Assembly (NCBI RefSeq): GCF_006345805.1
Contig: NC_043004.1
Coordinates: forward strand, 46,500,001-46,564,000
Source of the DNA: Octopus sinensis
Taxonomy: Eukaryota
Length of the DNA stretch: 64,000 nt
Direction of reading: 5' to 3'
This document shows positions 54,747 to 64,000 of the stretch, one piece after another (positions within the stretch are counted from its first letter, which is position 1; each line of letters starts with the position of its first letter). The notes under the pieces were generated by a model that had not been told where the DNA came from, searched no databases, and worked only from the letters and a program-made list of their open reading frames with translations. The translations under genes were made by a program, and so were the position numbers.

Positions 54747-54838
54747 ACGCAGTCACACACACACACACGTGTACCACACAGTCACCACGCAGTCACACAC
54801 ACACACACACGTGTACCACACAGTCACAACGCAGTCAC
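54747..54838. repeat. ~40-bp minisatellite, about 2.3 copies
   Basis: ACGCAGTC(AC)nGTGTACCACACAGTCAC repeated in tandem. Confidence 0.9.
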
Positions 54839-56568
54839 CACACACACAAACACAAAAGCACAAACAAACATCAACATGTTACATTCTTTCCTCCGCATGT
54901 GTACGTGCTTTCCCATCTGTGTGTGCACAAGCAATCGTGTCTACGCTTACGTAGTTGTTTGTATATGCATGTGTTTGAATATTTAATCAAATACATAATA
55001 AAAAAGATATTTTACAGAAGATAGATAATAACACGTGACAAAAAATTACTATAAATGTTTTCAATAATATAACCATGATGGTACAATATAATTTCGGGAA
55101 TATAAATATGTAATATGGTAAAACTCTTAGTGTATATGAAGTATTTGTAGGCAGCATTTGCAAAATAAACAAAAGCAAAATATTTTTAATAGAAATATTT
55201 ATATTGTAAATTTAAACAAATGTATTACATTAGAAAATGAATTAATATATTATTTAAATTCTTCTTTCTGTCTCCATCACGTATTTCTTTGGCCGTTTAA
55301 TGCCCGATTTATGTTTAACGATATTAGAATAAGCCAAGTAGTTATCTCTAAAATCTCTATAAGAGATTCAAGTAGTAACTTTACTGATAAGTTTGGCTGT
55401 TCCATACAGAACTATGTTACTGCATTTCAACCCCAGGAAAATTTCTTTTACAGTTTGTTAATGACACACAACTTGTGTTTGATATATTGAGAACAAAGGA
55501 ACTAACCACTCCCCTCAAGTGTGGCAAGTACCCATCGTTAATTGAAATTTCCTGTACATGTGGCGTTTATGTTTAACTCTATGGAAAGAATACCATTTAT
55601 GAGGATAGTATGAAAATTAATTGATGTTTAGAGTTCCTTGTTATGTGTCAGTTTATTTGGTAAAACCAAGGCATAATAACGGAAATAAGTTGTCCGATAT
55701 GATTTAATATTTTAGAAATTCTGTATCTCCATTTGAGATTAATCTCTATTTAATGTCAAGCGGCTGCAATTCTGTGAAAATAACTTTTTACACGTGCCAA
55801 ATCTGACACTTTTATTGACTGTGTAACATTTTGTAAAACTTAATGCTATCCATTTTATATTTGATGGTGTTTTAGATGTCTTTAAATCTAAAACCACTTC
55901 GATATCGTAGTTGCGTTTTCATATTGTCTTTTGAGGGAGCTGTGTATGTGCATAAAATGTTACTCGAAATGAGTTGTCCATTTACCGTGTAATGGAGGAT
56001 AAATCTGTATAAATAAAGTTATTCACCTTCAGAAATCCTGGTCACAAATCGCACATTGTACCGGTGCTTTACTTTGTAAGTTCGATGTACTAAGTATTGT
56101 ATTCTTTATTTTAGAAGATTATATTTAAAGAACTCTGTAGTGTGAAAGTGTCAACTAACATATTGTAACTTTAGTAGTAATTTTCATGTCTCAGAAGTTA
56201 AAAAATGTTTGGCAACACCTGTTAATGCTCTCAAAAAAAAAAAAAACCCCAAAAAACCTGGATTATAGCAAATAGATGATTTTTAAAATAGAGGTACTTT
56301 ACAAAATTACTAAGACATATAACACAAAATTTAACAAGAAATATTTCCTTTTAATTGGTTATAATTTCCAGTTTACTCCACTCTTAAAATTAGTCTTACT
56401 TGAATTTAAGCATACCAATCACCGGCAATAATATATTAAAATTTTGTTTCATAAATTTATATACGTGCACATATATATATATGTAAGTACGTATATATGT
56501 AGGTTTGTAGATCTGAATGTTTATACATATCAATATATGTATATGTATGTATATAATATAATATATAT

Positions 56569-56627
<59 letters not shown>

Positions 56628-56632
56628 ATATA

Positions 56633-56724
56633 TATAATCAAATTAAGTAACAAGTATATCCGAGGTAATGTGGTACAATCGTTTCATGCTACCTCGGATA
56701 TAGTTGTTGCTTATTTTGATTATA
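56633..56724. repeat. 35-bp inverted repeat (3 mismatches) with a 22-nt spacer
   Basis: 56633-56667 versus 56690-56724. Confidence 0.85.
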
Positions 56725-56882
56725 ATCACCACATGGATTGATATGGATAATACCATATAAAATTCTGGTGCCTTTGACTTAAGTATCATATTCATCTGAA
56801 TCTAAATTTTGCTGAACCTATATATATATATATGTGTGTGTGTATGTATGTACGTATGTATGTACGTATATATATACATATC

Positions 56883-57133
56883 TTGACATCGTTTCTCTGA
56901 TGAAGATTAGGAAGGCTGTTGTCCACAACGCCTGCCCGCTCATTCAGGGCTGATAACGACGCCGATGTGGGATCGACATATCCGATTGCAGTGATGACAG
57001 CGGTATACTTTTTCATGGTGTGATGATGCAGCTGCAGTATGTTTTCGCCTCTGACGTGTGTCGTCAAGAGAGGTAATGCGAGAGGTCTGAAAGGAAGAAG
57101 CAGCATCGGTAATGGTGTGCCGCCTTGAGATTT
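56883..57133 (-). mobile_element. RTE-clade (BovB-like) LINE 3' end
   Basis: RRHTITDAASSFQTSRITSLDDTRQRRK..YRCHHCNRICRSHIG, a short 3'UTR and an adjacent microsatellite tail. Confidence 0.85.
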
Positions 57134-57860
57134 GCACAGGAATATCAGCTCGTCATCACCAATAACATATTCCAGCAAAGGGACAGTCTGAAAACAATCT
57201 GGAAACATCCCCGATCAAAATACTGACACCTGCTTGACTACGAGACCAGTCTGGCGTCGTGCAAACCAGAGTGATACCTAGCGTTGAATGCTATACTGAC
57301 CATCACTTGGTCCATTACAAATTCAAACCCCCTTTCAACCTCAAACCAACAAAATTAAGAGACAATCTTAATTTTAATACCATTGCCGACACAGAACTGA
57401 CGTCGGTACAGCAGTTCACTTATCTTGGACGTAACATCTCATCAGATATTAGCATCGACAAAAAAATTGACAACTGAAAAGGGAAAACCAGTATTTGGCA
57501 GACTATACAAGCGTGTGTGGAACAAGCATCTTAAGATCAGCACAACAGTCAGCGTGTACAGGGTCGTCGTTCTTACGACGCTCCTATATGGCTCTGAGTC
57601 TAGGGTCCGCTTCTTTTATCATCTCATGCTCCTTGAACATTTTCACTAACGCTGGCTCTGCACTACCCTCAAGTGACTACTGGAGTGACTACATCACCAA
57701 CACAGGTGACGAGCGAGCAAAGGTCACCAGCCTGAAAGCCATTTTACTTGAGACTTGACTGCGCTGGGTAGGGCACATTGACAGAACGAAAGGCCACCGC
57801 CTACCCAAGATCATATTGTAAAGTGAGTTCAAGACTGGCCAGCGCAACATTGGAGGTTCG
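57131..57860 (+). mobile_element. Inverted upstream portion of the RTE element (endonuclease end, internal deletion, RT C-terminus)
   Basis: QLVITNNIFQQRDSLKTIWKHPRSKY*HLLDY, TDHHLV, QQFTYLG, VVLTTLLYGSE, LRWVGHI and LPKII. Confidence 0.85.
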
Positions 57861-57963
57861 GGGAGTAAACATATAAGGACACAAATTGTGTGTCGTATAG
57901 ACAGCTGGAAACGGTGTCTCCTGGGGCTAAACAACAGTAGAATTCGCCCCAAAATGGGACTGC

Positions 57964-58284
57964 GGATCTTTTCGGTTTGAACATTCTATAGTTTGTAAGA
58001 TATTTTTTTCCCTTCAATTTCTGCAATTTCAACCAATCATTGACGTCCATTGATGTAAAAAAATTCTCTACCGTATGAATATGTCCCACGTTTAAGAAAC
58101 AGATTGGGTTTGTTTACATTTGTGAAGAAAAAAAGATACCCTTCCCCCACCCTAACCCTAACCCTAACTAACCTAACTCCAAAAGAGATTGAAATGCAAT
58201 AGATCGATACTAGGGCCATAATTATGGGTGACAATTTCATATGACACCGCTAGGAAAAAATTGCCGTTCAAACCGAAAAGATCC
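57964..58284 (-). mobile_element. GG-ended MITE, copy 3 (~100-bp deletion inside the left TIR)
   Basis: Perfect TSD GGGACTGC (57956-57963, 58285-58292). (CCCTAA)n lies near the right end. Confidence 0.9.
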
Positions 58285-58449
58285 GGGACTGCTACTTCAG
58301 GTTGATAAAAAATCGATACTTTAAAGTGTTTCTACTGAAAATCTCTGGTTAAGAGATTTAGGAGCAACAATGTTTCTATTTTATTAGACGAGTGACTGTG
58401 AGTCATTTAGAAGATTATATATATTTCCGAACGGGCATTTAGCAGCAAC

Positions 58450-58516
58450 ATCTCAGCTGAAGAGTTATTCTGTGCCGACGAAGTGAAATAACACTGAAAC
58501 TGTACGGTCCACAGAT
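58450..58516 (+). ncRNA. Type I hammerhead candidate with core intact
   Basis: ATCT.. /..AGAT helix I, CTGAAGA (58457-58463), GTTATT/AATAAC helix II, GAAA (58496-58499), near-palindromic ACTGTACGGT helix III and GUC (58507-58509). Confidence 0.65.
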
Positions 58517-58608
58517 ACTGTTTCGTGCTGGATGGGGATGCTAATCTCCCTTGTTCGAAAATATAAGTATACAGATCGTGTGTAGTATAGACAGCTGGGG
58601 GCAATGTC

Positions 58609-59051
58609 GGATCTTTTCGGTTTGAACGGCAGTTTTTTTCTAGCGGTGTCATATGAAATTGTCACCCATAATTATGACCCTAGTATCGATCTATTGCATT
58701 TCAATCTGTATTAGGGTTAGGGTTAGTTAGAGTTAGTTAGGGTTATGGTTAGGGGTGGAGGGAAGGGTATCTTTTTTTCTTCACAAATGTAAATAAACCC
58801 AATCTGTTTCTTAAACGAGGGACATATTCATACGGCACAGAATGTTGTTTACCTCAATGGACGTCAGTGATTGGTTGAAATTGCAGAAATTGAAGAAAAA
58901 AACAACAAATATCTTACAAACTATAGAATTTTCTCAATAAAGCCAAGAGAAAAAGATGTTTTATAAACACATTCTACCAGTATACGAAGTTTAAAATTTT
59001 TTAGTTACCTAGAAATTATGTTAAAAACTGCCGTTCAAAACGAAAGTATCC
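58609..59051 (+). mobile_element. GG-ended MITE, copy 4
   Basis: Full body and TIRs. The flanks GCAATGTC and GACAACTG do not form a TSD. Confidence 0.9.
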
Positions 59052-59689
59052 GACAACTGTTTAGTAACCAAACAATGAGGATATTTATGATGTTAGTGGT
59101 GGGGGAGTAGTGTGGTCGATGGTAGGGTAGCACAAATCCTTTTAAACTGAATACGTTATATATTCACCTTAATTACATTCACTCTCAGACTCCGTATCAC
59201 TAATATTAATTCTCCGTCTAAGCCTCTTATTTTTTCATTTAACCAAATCCGTTCTAACTTAAATAGTTTATAATTCTCCAATTCTCCTGACCGCTCTTTA
59301 ATTATCCTCTAAATTCCTAAGTTCTGCTTTAAACCTTTAAGTCACAGTCACCCCTTTTAGATTTCCGCCTCTTTCTCTTTTCCTTTGCTTTTTCTGTTTG
59401 CATCTCTTCTCTTGCTAACACACTCTAGGGTCACAAAGAAGATCTGCTAGCTGGGAGGAGATTTATGGCTTCCCTGCCACTGACCACACAACTCCTCCAC
59501 CCCACCCTGAGCAATTGCTATGCTATTCATTTAATAGTTTTTTTTTCTTTCAGATCAATTTCGATGACTGGGATTGTTTGTACTGACCGACCAGATGCAT
59601 ACTTCAAGACAAACCAATTTGCTATATATGGCTCTACCTAATTTATCTATGTTGTTTAACCCCCGATTCTTTTCTTTTCTATCCTCCTC

Positions 59690-59967
59690 TCCCTCCTCCT
59701 CTTCTTGTCTTCTTCTTCTTCTTCTTCTTATTCTTTCTTCTTCTTTTTCTTTTCTTCTTCTTTTTCTTCTTGTTCTTCTTCTACTTCTTCTCCTCCTCCT
59801 CTCCTCCTCCTTCTTCTTCTTCTTCTTCTTCTTCTTCTCCTTCTCCTTCTCCCCTTCTCGTCCTCCTCCTCCTCCTCTTCTTCTTCTTCTTCTTCTTCTT
59901 CTTCTCCGTCTCCTCCTTCTTCCTCTCCTTCCTCTTCTTCCCTTTTCTCCTTCTTCTCCTTCTTCTC

Positions 59968-59998
<31 letters not shown>

Positions 59999-60135
59999 TT
60001 CCTCCTCTTCTGCTTCTTCTCCTTCTGCTTCTTCTCCCTCTCCACCCTCCCCCGTCTTCTTCTTCTTCTTCTTTTTCTTCTTCTCCTTATTCTTCCTTCT
60101 TCTTCTTCTTTTTCGTCTTCTTCTTCTTCTTGATC
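59690..60135. repeat. (CTT)n/(CCT)n polypyrimidine-polypurine tract
   Basis: About 440 bp of almost exclusively C/T on the + strand. Confidence 0.95.
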
Positions 60136-60229
60136 CTCCCCCTACATAATCTTTACCAGTCTTAATAATTTATTCTTCTTTATTCATTTATTTATTTAAT
60201 CCCATTTTTCTTATATATATATATGTGTG

Positions 60230-60870
60230 TGTATGTGTCTATGTTGATTCCATCGCCACAGCCGATTGACAACTGCGGTTCGTGTGATTACGTCCACTTA
60301 ACTTAGCAGTTCGGCAAAAGTTATCTATAGTTGTGGGTTTTATTCATTCGACGAAAATTCTTCAAGGCGGTGCCCCAGCGTGCCCACTGTCTAATGACTG
60401 CAATAATTGGATAAAGATAAAGATGTATTTATATGTCTATGTGAATTTATAGATATATGTAGGCGTAGAAGTGGCTGTGTGGTAAGTAGCTTGCTAACCA
60501 ACCACATGGTTACGGGTTCAGTCCCACTGCATGGCATCTTGGGCAAGTGTCTTCTGCTATAGCCCCGGGCCGACCAAAGCCTTGTGAGTGGATTTGGTAG
60601 ACGGAAACTGAAAGAAGCCCGTCGTATATATGTATATATATATGTATGTGTGTGTATATGTTTGTGTGTCTGTGTTTGTCCCCCTAGCATTCCTTGACAA
60701 CCGATGCTGGTGTGTTTACGTCCCCGTCACTTAGCGGTTCGGCAAAAAGTGACCGATAGAATAAGTACTGGGCTTACAAAGAATAAGTCCCGGGGTCGAT
60801 TTGCTCGACTAAAGGCGGTGCTCCAGCATGGCCGCAGTCAAATGACTGAAACAAGTAAGAGAGTAAAGAG
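60230..60870 (+). mobile_element. Decayed SINE B 3' half followed by a full-length SINE B (60461-60870)
   Basis: Family B motifs. Confidence 0.85.
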
Positions 60871-61284
60871 TAGAGTATATATACATACATTTATACATAC
60901 GTGCATATATGTATAGGGTTCTATCAGTCTCCTTTTCAATTTTAACAAATTTCATGAGCTCCAAGCAAAACGCACTTTCGCAAACTTTGTATTGTTTCAT
61001 TGTTTTTTAAATATTTCATTCGGTATAAAAAGATTTTTAATTGTCTTCTATGTCCTACTTATTTACTTCTACCATAAATAAGGTTTTAGGTCGAATACAG
61101 GTTCCCCCAGAAATATGTCCATCCAACCATGTGGTAATAACAACTAAGTTTGTAATACCTTTTAAAGAGCTGTTAAAAAGCAATCGGAAGCCTAATTCAC
61201 ATCTGAAATTACTATTTTCAATTGAATAGATAAATATTTCCAGGCTGTTTTGAATGTCATCTACACGAAATTTAGTCATAGTAA

Positions 61285-62044
61285 CCTATTATATAAAATC
61301 CGTTCTGTCTGCCTGTGTGTGTGTCTTCTAGGATCTTGGGCATCCTCCATCCGATTGCGCTCAAATTTGATATGTACATACCGACAGTATCAGGGCGTAT
61401 ATAAGTCATGAAAAAATTGCAAAAATCGATTCCAGGTGAGAATGCGATCGATAAAGCCGTGAAAACGTGCATTTGTACGCAGAAGTACATCAGCTGTTGC
61501 GATCGATTCTACGCGTACGCGAGAAAAATGCACGAGCAGTTTGTGCAAAAAAATGCCGGCTGGCTTGAAATAATGCTACAAAAAGGGACGGTCGGACAAG
61601 TTGTTTTGAGAAAATTTGGTTTAAATGTTTGACAAGTCAGCACTGTCCATTGGACTGGGGGCGTTCTGCTCGTAGTGATTATTTTCAAAGATATCGACAG
61701 CACCTGCATACTACCAACTGTATTTCTCCGATTTTTATGCACACCTTTTGAATAGTTCCATCATCACTAACCGAAAAACTTCTCGTTTTAACTAATTCAC
61801 CGCTGGTGAGCACTACTCTCTCCACTCGTGCCGATAAAAGTTTGATGTGAGAGAAGAATATTAATAATTTCTGCTTCTTCTAGAACACCCACACAATCTA
61901 TTTCAACGTAGACACTGGTCAGGGGAGATGCCATGCCTTTACTTCTGCGATAGATGCATGCATGATGCACGAGGCAGCAATAGTTCACCGAAACTGTAAA
62001 AACTTTTAATATATGAATTGCTAATGGATGGGCTATTTATCTAG
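61285..62044 (+). mobile_element. Probable non-autonomous Helitron
   Basis: 5' (T>C)CTATTATATAAAA followed by CTGTCTGCCTGTGTGTGTGTC and CCGATTGCGCTCAAATTTG. 3' CTAG. Lies between A (61284) and T (62045). The subterminal hairpin is decayed. Confidence 0.6.
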
Positions 62045-62390
62045 TGATACTAGTAAGGATTTGATATTTTGTGAGGCGATGCCATTGTTTATTCTTTTTT
62101 TCTCAAGTGTCTTAGATTTGGACAATCTTAGGTATGAATCTGTTCACTTTAAAATCTTACTGATAACAAGGGGGTGCTTTATCGACGATTACTTTAAAGG
62201 TGATTTGAATTTTGTCTTCCAGTGTTTCAAATAACATTTTATGGATTTTCACGAAATTGCATTTCAGTAAGCTGTCATTTCGGCTTCATACAGGATTGAG
62301 CAAGCTAGTGCTTGCATCAAACGTGATATCATAATTGCTAATTATGATGAAGTTATTTTCTATGATAATTCTGAAAAGGAATTAGGAGGA

Positions 62391-62790
62391 GGCGTAGGAG
62401 TGGCTGTGTGGTAAGTAGCTTGCTTACGAACCACATGGTTCCGGGTTCAGTCCCACTGCGTGACACCTCGGGCAAGTGTCTTCTACTATAGCCTCGGGCC
62501 TACCTAAGCCTTGTGAGTGGATTTGGTAGACGGAAACTAAAAGAAGCCCGTCGTCTATATGTATATATATATGTGTATGTTGGTGTGTTGTGTTTGCCCC
62601 CCTCCCCCAACATCGCTCGACAACCAATGTTGGTGTGTTTACGTCCCCGTAACCTAGCGTATCGGCAGAAGAGACCGATAGAATAAGTACTACGCTTACA
62701 AAGAATAAGTCCTGGGTTCGATCTCCTCGACCAAAAGGCGGTGCTCCAGCATGGCCACAGTCAAATGACTGAAACAAGTGAATGAGTAAA
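62391..62790 (+). mobile_element. SINE B, full length
   Basis: All family B motifs are present. Confidence 0.9.
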
Positions 62791-63048
62791 TGAGGAAGTT
62801 CGAATGCTTGGATTATACCTTTTCTCGGATGATCTAAACCATTCGATCCTATCTGCCTTTGTACTTAACATGTCTTAACTATACAGGCAAAACATAAAGG
62901 AGGAGCTATTTTTGTTTAAGTCATCTAATATACATATCTATAATCATTTGACAGCTCAGATATCCGGTCTATCGAATGACTTTTTATTCATCGCACGAAT
63001 ACACATGGGTTATGTCTTTTGTCCTAAGATTAGGTCATATCTAAAAGC

Positions 63049-63466
63049 GGATCTTTTCGGTTTGAACGGCAGTTTTTAACATAATTTCTAGGTAACTAAG
63101 AAATTTTAAACTTCGTAAACTGGTAGAATGTGTTTATAAAACATCTTTTTCTCTTGGCTCTATTGAGAAAATTCTATAGTTTGTAAGATATTTGTTTTTT
63201 TCTTCAATTTCTGTAATTTCAACCAATCACTGACGTCCATTGAGGTAAACAACATACTGTGCCGTATGAATATGTCCCTCGTTTAAGAAACAGATTGGGT
63301 ATATTTACATTTGTGAAGAAAAAAAGATACCCTCCCCCCACCCCTAACACTAACCCTAACCCTAAAATAGATTGAAATGCAATAGATCGATACTAGGGTC
63401 ATAATTATGGGTGACAATTTTATATGACACCGCTAGAAAAAGCTGCCGTTCAAACCGAAAAGATCC
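63049..63466 (-). mobile_element. GG-ended MITE, copy 5
   Basis: Perfect TSD CTAAAAGC (63041-63048, 63467-63474). Confidence 0.9.
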
Positions 63467-64000
63467 CTAAAAGCAGTCTCTTATGAACGTGCTTTGCGAT
63501 TCTTATCTTCTTGTAATTTATACTGTAGCGTTCAGAAAAGCTTGTAAATTGCTGAATAACTCATTTGTCTTTGATGAATACTTATTTAGAATAACAAAAT
63601 AGGTAAACCAAAACTCTGATTTCATTAGAGATTATATCACAACAAGGTACGATTCGATTAATATTAGTTAAATGAGAAAGGTCTGTATCTACTACTATAT
63701 TGTTAATAATTTTCCATCGAATAATCTTGCTAACTAGATCGATCTCACACCTAACAAGGTTTAATAAACTATATTTCAGGTTAAAAGCAAAGTTAATACG
63801 ATATCTAAATATTATATAATCGTTAAGTTTAAATTATGTCTTTCTTCTGTCACCTATATTTGTGCTCCGAAATACATCGCTTTCTTCTCAAAGACATTAG
63901 TATTACGTTATTATTGTGCAGCGAAGTGAATAGACATACACGCTTATAGGCACACATACTCATAAAGCCATATATTTACATATCTATATCTGTGTACATA

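Noticed and set aside
55370-55425. NIVLYGTAKLISKV on the - strand as a Dong C-terminus
   Set aside because: It is too short to support without neighbouring motifs.
59150-59400. Possible LINE endonuclease remnant (IWLNEKI) on the - strand
   Set aside because: It is a single weak motif with many stops.

Overview
AT-rich, microsatellite-saturated eukaryotic DNA. The SINE families and repeat style point to a coleoid cephalopod, probably Octopus (inference, no database search). No complete protein-coding gene, true tRNA/rRNA gene or CRISPR array is supportable, and most listed ORFs are translated microsatellites. The window is a graveyard of mobile elements: R4/Dong-like, CR1, RTE and Penelope-like (PLE) retroelement fragments, Tc1 and mariner transposase remnants, a probable non-autonomous Helitron, five copies of a ~420-440 bp GG-ended MITE (8-bp TSDs, internal TTAGGG repeats), and many tRNA-derived SINEs. 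The main unexpected pattern is a set of short non-coding elements that look like MITEs because of inverted ends. Each carries a decayed type I hammerhead-ribozyme fold, and in four of them the inverted arm is a copy of the sequence 3' of the ribozyme. One further copy sits in a ~360-bp unit with a direct terminal repeat. I read these as non-autonomous PLE/retrozyme-like elements. Two retroelements show 5' inversions with twin-priming geometry. A few low-confidence minus-strand exon candidates suggest the window may be intronic. All alignments and RNA folds were done by eye.
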